A DNA stretch of 64,000 bases from an uncultured Candidatus Rokubacteria bacterium (lineage in GTDB: Bacteria; Methylomirabilota; Methylomirabilia; Rokubacteriales; CSP1-6). The stretch spans positions 96,001-160,000 of the forward strand of contig CAVVEU010000013.1 of assembly GCA_963747235.1 (NCBI GenBank), in the 5' to 3' direction. The position numbers and the translations under genes were made by a program. Under the pieces are notes generated by a model that saw only the letters and a list, made by a program, of their open reading frames with translations, made no database searches and was not told the DNA's origin. Shown here in pieces: positions 54,422 through 64,000 of the stretch. Positions within the stretch are counted from its first letter, which is position 1. Each line of letters begins with the position of its first letter.

Positions 54422-55404
54422 CTAGGCCGACGCCGCGGCGGCGGTGGCGCGGGCGCGCGCGGTACTTCTCGAGGTTGCCGCCCGACTTGAGCTTGCCGGG
54501 CAGCGGGTGGCCGACCACGCGCTCGGCGAGCTGCCCGGCCTCGATCATCGCGTCGAGGCTCGATGCCGGTGTCCACGCCCAGCTCCTGGCAGAGGAAGAC
54601 CAGGTCCTCGGTGGTGACGTTGCCGGCCGCGCCCTTGTGGGCCGCGAACGGGCAGCCGCCCAGGCCCGCCACCGCGCTGTCGAAGCGGTCCACGCCGATC
54701 TCGAGCGCGGCGACCACGTTGGCGATGGCGAGCGCGCGCGTGTCGTGCAGGTGGAGCTTCACCGGGATCGCGGGCCAGCGCGCCCGGACCGCGCCCACCA
54801 GCCGCTTGATCTGCAGGGGATTCGCCCAGCCCATGGTGTCGGCCAGGCTGATGTTGCCGAGCCGCGAGCCGCAGCCCAGCGCCTGCTCCTCCACCTTCTC
54901 GATGACGCGGATCACCTGCGCGGGCGTCACGTCGCCCTCGTAGTTGCAGCCGAAGGCGGCCATCACGCCCACGTCGATCCAGTCCATGCCGAGGGCCTGG
55001 TAGCGCCGGGCCCAGCCGGGCAGCTCGGCGATCTTCTCGTCGACGCTGCGGTTGGTGTTCTTGCGCGTGAAGGTGTCGGTGGCCGCCACCCCGAACATCG
55101 GCCGCAGCGCGAGCGACTCGCGCAGGCGCGCGGCCCGCTCGAGCCCCGCCTCGTTGAGCCAGATCGCCTCGTAGGCGACGCCGGGCACGCGCTTGATGCC
55201 CGCCACCATCTGGTCGGCGTCGGCCATCTGGGGCACCCACTTCGGGCTCACGAAGGACGTGAACTCGATGGTGGAGACGCCGGTGTCGGAGAGCGCGTCC
55301 ACCAGGGAGATCTTCGCGGCGAGGCTGATGTCGCCCTTCTCGAACTGGAAGCCCTCGCGCGGGCCCACTTCCTTGATGATCACGTGACTCGGCATGTCGC
55401 TCAT
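54422..55404 (-). CDS. Hydroxymethylglutaryl-CoA lyase family (frameshifts near the 3' end)
   Basis: EVGPREGFQ, SFVSPKWVPQMAD, LADTMG, HLHDT, GLGGCPFA, GNVTTEDL. Confidence 0.9.
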
Positions 55405-56598
55405 GCGATGACCCTCCGTGACGCCAGCGCGTCGATCTCGTCGGTCTCGAGGCCCAGCTCCCGCAGCACCTCGCGGGTGTGCTCCCCCAGCGTGGGCGCC
55501 GGGCGCTGGAGCCCCATGTCGAAGGCGGTGCTGTGGACCGGCAGCTTGGGCAGCTTGGCGATTCCGCCGCCGGGGAGCGGGGTGTCCAGGAGCTGCCCGG
55601 TCGCCTGCAGGTGCGCGTCGTCCAGGAGCTGATCCGGGCGTCGCAGCGGAGCGAACGGCACCCGGCAGCGCTCGAGCCGCTCGGACAGCTCGGCGCTCGA
55701 GTAGCGGAGCATCTCCTCCGCGATGCGGGCGGGCAGCCAGGCGCGCGCGGCCACGCGCTTGGCATTGTCGTCGAGGCGCTCGTCCGCGAGGAGATCCTTC
55801 AACCCGAACTCGTCGCAGAAGCGCTCCCAGTGGCCGTTGGACGTGATGCCGATGAAGACCTGCTCGCCGTCGGCGGCGGTGAAGAGCTGGTACACGCCCC
55901 AGCCCATGCGCGTGCCCTGGCGGATCTCCGGCATCGGCACCGACGGCTGGCCGGTGGCCGCGTGCTGGGCGAGCCACTGGCCCACCCAGAAGACGACGGT
56001 CTCGAAGAGGCCCGAGGTGATCTTCTGCCCGCGGCCGGTCTGCGCCCGCTGATGGAGCGCGGCCAGCACCGCGATCACCCCGTAGGCCGCCGCGCCAACG
56101 TCCACGATCGAGGCGCCCGCGCGCAGGGGCTGGCCGCGCGGCCCGGTCATGAAGGCGAGACCGGCCGACATCTGCGCGAGCTCGTCGAGGAACGGGCCGC
56201 GCCTCCGACGGGCCGGGAAGGAAGCCCTTGAGCGCCAGGTAGATGATGCCCGGATGGACCCGCGCCAGGACGTCGTAGCCCAGGCCCAGGCCCTCGACGG
56301 CGCCGTAGGCGAAGTTGTCGATGACCACGTCCGAGCCCGCGGCCAGGCGCAGGAAGAGGGCCCGGCCATCCGCCGAGCCCTTCAGGTCGATCGCGATCGA
56401 GCGCTTGTTGCGGTTCAGGAAGTGGAAGTTGGCCGAGGTGCCCGCCGGCATGCCCCGCGACTGGTCGCCCTCGCCGGGCCGCTCCACCTTGATCACGTCG
56501 GCGCCCAGGTCGGCCAGCAGCAGTCCCGCCGAGGGCCCCGCGATGATGTGGCCGAGCTCGAGGACGCGCACGCCCTCGAGCGGAAGCGGGGTGGTCAT
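55401..56598 (-). CDS. CaiB/BaiF family III CoA-transferase (frameshift at ~56200)
   Basis: PLEGVRVLELGHIIAGP, ADLGADVIKVE, NRNKRS, APTLGEHT. Confidence 0.92.
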
Positions 56599-56705
56599 GA
56601 CGCGGGCATTGTATCGTAAACGCGGGGTGTACAGGTTGCGCGGCCTGGATCGCTCTGATACCGTCGGTCGCGCTGGCAGCACGATCACGGAGGAGGAGCA
56701 ACGCG

Positions 56706-57258
56706 ATGCCCATCGAGGCCCGGCGCTGGCTGTGGATTCTGCTGCTGACCGCGGCGAGCGTGTTCGTCACGCTCGGCATGGCGTGCGCCACGCCCTTCGC
56801 CGCGCTCGCGACGCTGGCCGCGCTCCACATGAGCCGGCGCGACGGGCTCGCGCTCATCGGCATCGCCTGGCTCGCCGACCAGGCGGTGGGTTACGGCCTG
56901 CTCGGCTACCCGCGCACCGCGAACAGCTTCGCCTGGGGCGTGATCCTGGGCGCGGGCGCCTTCGTGGCCGCTGGTCGCCGCCCAGTCGCTCGTCGAGCGC
57001 CTGCGCGACCGCGGCGTGGTCCTGGCGGGCGGGGTGGCGTTCGCGGGCGCGTTCATGGCCTACGAGGCAGTGCTCGTGACCGCGACCGCGGTGCTGGCGA
57101 GCGGCTCGGAAGCGTTCTCGCTGCCGATCGTCGGCTGGGTGCTCCGTGTGAACCTGCTCTCGCTCGCCGGCCTGTTGATCCTCTACCGCCTCGCGGTCTG
57201 GATCGGGCTCGTGACGCGGGCGCCCCTCGGGGCGCGAGCCACCGTCACCGCGGGCTGA
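56706..57258 (+). CDS. Hypothetical integral membrane protein (frameshift at ~56970)
   Basis: GGAGGAG SD, CATPFAA, about 5-6 TM segments. Confidence 0.7.
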
Positions 57259-57262
57259 GCCC

Positions 57263-58078
57263 GTGAGCGCCACCGGCAAGCTGGACCGGCCGGGCGGGTC
57301 GCTGCACTTCGAGATCATCGACGCGACCGCGCCGTGGGCGGCGGAGGCGCCGCTGATCGTCTTCCACCACGGGATCGGCGCCACCGCCGACGTCTGGGCG
57401 GAATGGCTCCCCGCGCTGCTGGATCGCTACCGCGTCGCCCGCTTCGACATGCTGGGCTTCGGCCGCTCCGGCGTGCCGGGTCCTGGCTTCCCGTGGTCGC
57501 TCGAGGGGCTGATGGCCGACGCGCTCGAGGTCGCGCGGGCCGCCGGCGCCGAGCGCTTTCACTTCGTCGGCGAGTCGGTGGGGGGCACCGTCGGCCTGCT
57601 GCTCGGGAGCCGGCGCCCGACGCGCTGCTGAGCCTGACCGTGTCGAACGCTTCGCACCGCGGCGGCTCGATCCAGCGGGCGCGCGAGTGGCGCGAGTTCA
57701 TCCGCGCCAACGGCATGAGCAAGTGGGGCGAGATGATGACGCCGCTTCGCCTCGATCGCGCGCGCGTGTCGGAGGCGCAGTACCGCTGGTTCGAGCGGGC
57801 GCAGGCCGGGTGTTCCGCGGACTCCGTGCTCGATCTGGCCGACGTGCTCATCGGGAGCGATCTCTCGCCCGAGCTGGAGCCGCATCCCCGTGCCGACCCT
57901 GCTGCTGGCTCCCGGCCGGAGCCCGTTCGTGCCGCTCGCGGTCATGGAGGAGATGCACGCGGGCATCGCGGGCTCGGAGCTCGTCGTCTTCCCGGACGCG
58001 CGCCACGGCCTGCCGTGCTCGCACGGCGCCGCGTGCGGCCGGGCCCTGCGCGCCTTTCTCGACCGCCGCGCCGCGTAG
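57263..58078 (+). CDS. Alpha/beta hydrolase, PcaD-like (2 frameshifts)
   Basis: HHGIG, FDMLGFGRS, GESVGG, ARHG. Confidence 0.85.
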
Positions 58079-58082
58079 GCCC

Positions 58083-59190
58083 ATGCCGGTCTCCCCGGCC
58101 GTCGCGGAGACGACGGACGCGCTGCTGGTCGCCCTGCTCGGCGCGCTCGACCGGGTGGAGTGGGCGCAGCGGCACCTCTTCCCGCCGCGCGCGCTCGAGC
58201 TGGCCGACCGCCTGGCGCCCGCACGCCGAGCGCCTGACCGGGCCGCTGGGCGCGCTCGAAGCGGCCGCGTGGCCCGACGACCTGCGCCTGCTGCGCGAGC
58301 GGCTCGCGCAGGTCACCCGGCAGGCCATCGAGCTGATCGGCGCCTTCACGTCCGCCGCGCGATCCGGCGAGCCGATCGAGCTCTACCGCGCCCTGCGCCG
58401 CTTCGCCCCGCTCCAGGAAGCGCTCTACCCGCTCGCCCCGGTGCTGGACCCGGTGAGCCGCTGGTTCCTCGAGCCGGGCCGCCGCGGCGACGAGGTGCTG
58501 GTGCGCCGCCTGCGCGACGCCGCGCTTCGCGACGACGGCGCGCGGGTCGGCGTGCTCCACGCCCGCAACGACCACGGCAGCCGCGGCGGGCTTTCGCTCT
58601 ACGTGCCGGAGACGTGGGAGGCCACCGCGCCGCCGGCGCCGCTGGTCGTCGCGCTGCACGGCGGCAGCGGCCACGGCCGTGACTTCCTGTGGGCCTGGCT
58701 GCGCGAGGCGCGCGCTCGGAGCGTGCTGCTGCTCTCGCCGACCGCGCTCGATCGCACGTGGTCCATCATGGGCGGGGAGGACGTGGACGCGCCGCGGCTC
58801 CAGGCCGCCGTCGAGGATGTCGTCACGCGCTACCACGTGGACCGCTCGCGCGTCCTGCTCACCGGCATGTCCGACGGCGCGACCTACGCGCTGCTCTGCG
58901 GGCTCGTCGAGGGCATGCCCTTCACGCACCTCGCGCCGGCCTGCGGCGTGCTCCATCCGTTCCTGCTGGCGCGCGGCGACATCCAGCACGCGCGCGACCG
59001 GCCGATCTACCTGGTCCACGGCGCGCTCGACTGGATGTTCCCCGTGCAGACCGCGCGCATGAGCCGGGACGCGCTCGAGATGGCGGGGGCGCGGGTCGTC
59101 TACCGCGAGATCGAGGACCTCTCGCACACCTACCCGCGGGACGAGAACCCGCGGATCCTCGACTGGCTGCTCGGCCCGGTCAGCTCGTAG
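58083..59190 (+). CDS. Phospholipase/carboxylesterase family protein (frameshift at ~58220)
   Basis: ALHGGSG, GMSDG, VHGALDW, LSHTY. Confidence 0.85.
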
Positions 59191-60683
59191 GCGTCGGCGC
59201 CGCGAAGCGGTTGATCGGTAGCGGCGTGGTCACCGCGCCCCGGCACGCCGCGGCCACATAGGGCGCCAGGCGCCCGGCCAGGGCCCAGGCGTCCGCGGCC
59301 CGCTCGCGGTGCCGGTCGGCGGCCTCCTGGGCGCGGGCGTAGATCCTGGTCTCGTCCACCGTGGTCACGCGGCCCCCCTCGAGGACGACGCGCCCGTCCA
59401 CCAGCACCGTGTCCACGCTGGCTCCGGTCTCGGCGTAGACCAGCGCCTTCACCGGGTCGGACAGGGGACGGAGGAAGATCGAGTCGGTCCGGAGCAGGAC
59501 GAGATCGGCCTTGCGCCCCGGCGCGAGCGCGCCCAGGTCTCCGGGCTGGCCCATGACCCGCGCGGTGCCGGACGTGGCCAGGCCCCAGACGGTGTCGGCG
59601 TCGAGCCAGCGGGCGGTCTCGTGCGGGAAGCGCACGGTGCTGATGATCGAGGCGATGCGCAGGGCCTCGAAGAGGTTCTGGTTGTCCGCGCAGGTCGAGC
59701 CGTCGGTGCCGAGGCCCACCGCGAGGCCTCGGTCGAGCATCTCGCGTACCGGCGCGATGCCCACGCCCAGCCGCAGGTTGCTGCCGGGATTGTGGGCCAC
59801 CGCGGCGCCCGCGTCGGCCAGCATGCGCAGATCGTCGTCGTCGAGCCAGACGGAGTGCGCGCCCACGAAGCCGGGGCCGAGCACCTGGTGGTCGGCCAGC
59901 CGGGCCACGATGCTCTTGCCCCAGCGCCGCCGGCTCTCGACCACCTGGACCTTGGACTCGGCCAGGTGGGTGTGGATGCCGACGCCGTACTCCCGCGACA
60001 GGGCGGCGCAGCCGTCGAGCAGCTCGTCCGTGGCCTGGTTCGGGATGGTGGGCGCCACCGCCACGCGGATCCGCCCCTCCGCGCTGCCGTGCCAGCGGCG
60101 AATGGCGCGCTCGGTCAGGTCGAGCAGGCCCTTGGTCGGCGCGGGCCGGATGTCCTGGACCGTGCGGCGCAGGTCCGGCGGGCAGGAGGTCGCTGAGGCC
60201 CGGGACGGTCTGGTAGAAGACGACGTCGGCGACCGCCGGCGCCAGGACCACGCGCACCCCGACGTCGGTATAGGCCTGCACCACGGCCGCGAAGGTCTCG
60301 TCGGTGATCGCGGGCACCGCGATGTAGAGATCGTAGGCGCCGGTGCAGCCGGTCTTGAGCATCTCGATGGCGCCGATGGCCGCCGAGAGGTACTCGTCGT
60401 CCGGCGTTCGAAATCCGGAGTTTGCGGGCGAGTAGGTCAGCAGATCCTCGAGCGTGAAGCTCCCGACCCGTCCGCGGGCCAGGTGGCTGGCCGCGTGGGT
60501 GTGGGCATTGCCCATGCCGGGGAGCACGAGGCGGTCCGCGGCCTCGATCACCCGGGCGCCGGGCGGAGGCGCCAGCCCCGGGCCCATCGCGGCGATACGG
60601 TCGCCCTCGATGAGGACATCCGCCCGCTGGAGCCCCGCCGGGGTACCCGCCAGGACCCGCCCGCCGCGAATCAGCATCGCCAT
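59180..60683 (-). CDS. Amidohydrolase/deaminase, AtzA/TriA/MtaD-like (frameshift at ~60180)
   Basis: NAHTH, HTHLAE, AHSVW, HNPGSN, LGTDG. Confidence 0.9.
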
Positions 60684-60693
60684 GGCCGCCTCC

Positions 60694-61308
60694 TCAGACC
60701 GCGCCGGAGCTCGACAGGGGCTGGGCGGCCGCGTCGTCGTCGAGATGGGTGACGCAGTTGAGCAGCCGCACGCGCCAGGGAGCCGGATGGTCGATGATCG
60801 TGAGCGCGGTGTTCTCCCAGCGCTCGGGGACGTCCTCGCCGTCGGGCAGGATCAGGTGACGCGCGGCCAGCGAGCGGCAGACGAGGCCGTGGGTGACGAC
60901 GGCCAGGTGCCCGCCGGTCGCGGCGGCGCGCTCCTGGACCAGCGCCCAGGCCCGGTCCACGCGCGCGTGGAAGACCTCCCAGGTCTCGCCGTTCGGCGGG
61001 GCGTAGTCGAGCGCGAACATGTCGAAGCCGAGCCTGGCGTAGGGCGTGCCGCGGATGTCGCCGAAGTTGCGCTCCTGGAGCAGGGGATCGTGCCGGACCG
61101 GGAGGCCGGTGACACGCGCCAGGCGCTCCGCGGTCTGCGCGGCGCGCGCGTAGTCGCTCGCGAGAATGGCCCCGATGCCCTCGCGCTCGAGCCGTCGGGC
61201 CAGGCGCTCGGCCTGGGCGATGCCGCGCGGGGAGAGCGGGTTGTCGGGGAGCTGGACGGTGCGCGAGGCGTTGCCGAGCGTCTCGCCGTGCCGGATCAGG
61301 AAGATCAG
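60694..61308 (-). CDS. Histidine phosphatase (phosphoglycerate mutase family)
   Basis: LIRHGET, SDYARA..TA, ERNFG, VTHG. Apparent CTG start overlapping the upstream TGA. Confidence 0.88.
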   Translation of the reverse strand: MIFLIRHGETLGNASRTVQLPDNPLSPRGIAQAERLARRLEREGIGAILASDYARAAQTAERLARVTGLPVRHDPLLQERNFGDIRGTPYARLGFDMFALDYAPPNGETWEVFHARVDRAWALVQERAAATGGHLAVVTHGLVCRSLAARHLILPDGEDVPERWENTALTIIDHPAPWRVRLLNCVTHLDDDAAAQPLSSSGAV

Positions 61309-62502
61309 ATCACGCTCTCGCCGCGCAGGCCCTGGATGTCCGCCGGGGTGTAGCCGAGGCCGGCCAGGATCTCGCCGCGTGTGCTGGCCGAGCTTCGGCG
61401 CGGTCCGCCGCACCGCCACGTCGCTGGCCGAGAGGCGGATCGGGGTGCGGATGTGGGGCACGCGGCCCAGCTCGGCGTCGTCGGCGTGGACCACCATCTC
61501 GCGGTGCTGGACCTGAGGGTCGGAGAAGAGCTGCTCGTAGTTGTACACGGGCCCGCACGGCACGCCCGCGTCGTCGAGCACCTTGGTCCAGTGCGCGGTC
61601 GGCGCGGTCGCCAGCACCGCGGTGATCTCCTTCTCGAGCGCGAAGCGATTCTTCCGCCGCTCCGGGGAGCGGGCGAAGCGCGGGTCCTCGAGCCACTCCG
61701 GGTGGCCGAGCGCGCGGGCGCAGCGCTGCCAGATGGACTGGCCGGCGGCGCCGATCATCATGTAGCCGTCCTTGGTCTCGAAGCGCTGGTAGGGCGCGTT
61801 CTGGCGGTGGCGCGAGCCCATGCGGACGGGCTCCACGTGGTCGGCCAGCCAGCCCGCGCTGGTCCACGAGGAGAAGCCGACCGCGGTCTCCAGCAGCGAG
61901 CACTCGACCTTCTGGCCCTGGCCGGTGCGCTGCCGCTCGTAGAGCGCGGCCAGGACGCCCTGGGCGCCCCACATGCCGGTGCCGAGATCGCAGATCGGTA
62001 GGCCCACCGAGGTGGGCGGGCCGTCGGGCTCGCCGGTGACGTGCATGATGCCGCCCATGCCCTGGGCGATGAGATCGAAGCCGCCCTTCTCGCGATAGGG
62101 GCCGTCGGAGCCGAAGCCGGAGAGCTGGGCGTAGATCAGGCGGGGATTCACCTGCTTGAGCGTGTCCCAGCCGAGGCCCGCGCGGTCCATGACGGTGGGA
62201 CGGTAGTTCTCCACCAGCACGTCCATGGCCGGGATCAGCTTGAGGAAGATCTCGCGGCCGCGCGCGCCCTTGTAGTCGAGCGTCAGGCTCTTCTTGTTGC
62301 GGTTGATGTAGCGGAAGTAGGGATTGCGCTCGCTGCCGTCGCCCATGCCGCGGGAGGAATCGCCCGCGCCGGGCCGCTCGAGCTTGATCACGTCGGCGCC
62401 CATGTCGGCCAGGATCATGGTGCAGAAGGGGCCCGCCATGTGCTCGGTCATGTCGAGCACCTTCACGCCGTCGAGCGGGCCCCGCGGATTCCGATCAGCC
62501 AT
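61305..62502 (-). CDS. CaiB/BaiF family III CoA-transferase (frameshift at ~61375)
   Basis: PLDGVKVLD..AGP, NRNKKS, ENYRP, GFDLIAQ. The corrected end reads EILAGLGY..ESVI*. Confidence 0.92.
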
Positions 62503-63022
62503 GGTGGGAAGAGCCTCCGATATCTCGCGCGTGGCCCAGCACGTGGGCCACCGCGATCTGGTGGAAGACGGTGGCGAGCGGGCCGACCACGCCCCCCGCG
62601 GAGCGGATGCGGCGCGCGAACAGCTCCTCGTCCGCGGCCTCCACGGCCCGGATGGTCGCGGCGCGATTCGCCTCGAACTCGGCGAGCAGTTGGGCGACGG
62701 TCATGCTCTCGCGCTTGGCCACCTGGCGATCGTTGTAGGCGTCGTTGCCGCCCTTCATCGTCCGCGTGGGCGGCGTTGCCTCGACCGGCGCGGGTGGCGT
62801 GCGGGCGATGTCGATCAGCCGGGGATAGCTCCACTCGATGGAGGCGATGTGGGCCAGGATCTGGCGGCCGTTCCAGCCGTTCTCGTAGCGGCCTTCCTCG
62901 AGCTGGGCGGGGTCCATCGCGCGCACGAGGGTGATGACCTCGTCCCGGCTCGCCGCGAGGGCTGCCAGGAGCTCGCGCTTCGTCGGCGCGGGGGTATCCG
63001 GGATCGTGTGGTAGTCGGCCAC
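62495..63022 (-). CDS. DinB/MDMPI-N family protein
   Basis: W...QILAHIA, H...H at the C-terminus. Its own TTGACA promoter-like element lies upstream of GTG 63022. Confidence 0.8.
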   Translation of the reverse strand: MADYHTIPDTPAPTKRELLAALAASRDEVITLVRAMDPAQLEEGRYENGWNGRQILAHIASIEWSYPRLIDIARTPPAPVEATPPTRTMKGGNDAYNDRQVAKRESMTVAQLLAEFEANRAATIRAVEAADEELFARRIRSAGGVVGPLATVFHQIAVAHVLGHARDIGGSSHHG

Positions 63023-63074
63023 GGGGAGAGAGTGAAGCGGGGCCCCGGGCCCTGTCAAGTCGCGCGCCCGGCCG

Positions 63075-63946
63075 CTACTGCCGATGGCCACGCCGCCCAG
63101 GACCAGCACGATCGCGACGACGAGCGTGAGAGTGAGCGGCTCACCCAGCCAGACGGTCGCGGTGATCACGCTGACCACCGGGGTGGCGAGCAGCCCGAGC
63201 GATGTCGTGACCGCAGGGAGGTTGCGGCTGGCGGTCGCGGTGGCCCAGTACGCGATGGCGGTGCCCACGATGCCCAGGTAGAGAAGCAGCGTGATGAACG
63301 ATGGAGTCCACTGAGCGGGCGCCGGCGCGGTGGTCGCGAGCGCGAAGGGGACCAGGAGCAGGGTCGCGAGCAGGGTTTCCCAGGGGATGAGCGCGAACGG
63401 CGTCGAGGCCCAGCGGTGCGCCCGGATGTGCAGGATGCTGAGGGCCCAGAGCAGCGCCCCGGCCAGGATGGCCAGGTTGCCGAGCACGACGTCGCGATCA
63501 CTCCAGTCGAGCGCGAGCGGGTTGAAGAGCGTCACGAGGCCGGCCAGGCCGATGAGCACGCCGACGGCGCGGCGCGGGGTCAGGGGCTCGCGCAGGAAGA
63601 GCGCCGCGCCCGGCGTGACCCAGAGCGGCGTGGTGTAGGCGAGCACCACGGTGCGGCCGGTGGGGACCAGGCCCAGGCCCCAGCTCGCGAGGAGGTTGAA
63701 GCCGACCATGTGCAGCAGCGTGATGCTCAGCAGCACCGGGAGGTCCCGCCGGGGCGGGAGGGTGATCCGACCGCGCCAGGCGGTGAGCGCGAAGAGCGCG
63801 ACGGTGGCGATGGCCGAGCGCAGGGTCACGGCCCAGAGCGGCGAGAGCGTGGCCAGCACCACCTTGTTGACCGGCCACGTGAGGCCCCAGGCCGCGATCA
63901 CGATGACCAGCGCCAGCAGGCCCTGGCGCCGCGCGCTCGAAGGCAC
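63075..63946 (-). CDS. EamA/DMT family transporter (end approximate)
   Basis: WGLTWP, about 10 TM segments in two EamA halves, LGEPLT. Confidence 0.9.
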
Positions 63947-64000
63947 GGGCCGATCAGCCGCGACGCTGCGGGTGGGCGAGGGCGCGAGGCATCGAGCGCG

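Noticed and set aside
60694-62502. CoA-transferase / histidine phosphatase fusion
   Set aside because: A frameshift at ~61375 hides the normal CaiB C-terminus (EILAGLGY..VI*, TGA at 61305-61307).
62495-63946. EamA-DinB fusion
   Set aside because: An out-of-frame TAG lies at the expected EamA end, and a TTGACA promoter precedes the DinB GTG, so this is likely an indel artefact.

Overview
This is a very GC-rich bacterial chromosomal window. The gene style suggests Rokubacteria/Methylomirabilota, which is inference only. Single-base indels are pervasive, breaking about 20 otherwise intact genes and creating several artefactual fusions, as expected from an unpolished long-read assembly. 1-5.7 kb holds a Dpp/Opp-type ABC transporter operon. 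5.8-22.6 kb is an accessory-looking region with a VOC protein, a fatty acid desaturase, an orphan full-length dnaA (no dnaN/rpmH and no DnaA boxes seen), a giant cyclic beta-1,2-glucan synthase (cgs/ndvB), a cold-shock protein and about 13 small unannotated genes. The small genes fall into paralogous sets on both sides of cgs: four CxxC..CxxC Zn-binding miniproteins, two single-beta-blade-like miniproteins and two ribbon-helix-helix (RHH) proteins. 22.6-27.5 kb is a DUF4129/MoxR/DUF58 operon with a Tat-exported Zn peptidase. 27.5-64 kb is mainly catabolic hydrolases, amidohydrolases, CoA-transferases, IorAB and transporters, plus a trypsin-endonuclease fusion, a decayed cysteate synthase next to a LysR stub, and an NYN-LOTUS protein. 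No rRNA, tRNA, CRISPR array, integrase or transposase was recognised. The best candidate for an undescribed system is the twice-repeated module [blade miniprotein <-][-> DNA-binding protein: DnaA paralog or RHH][-> Zn miniproteins] around cgs/csp.
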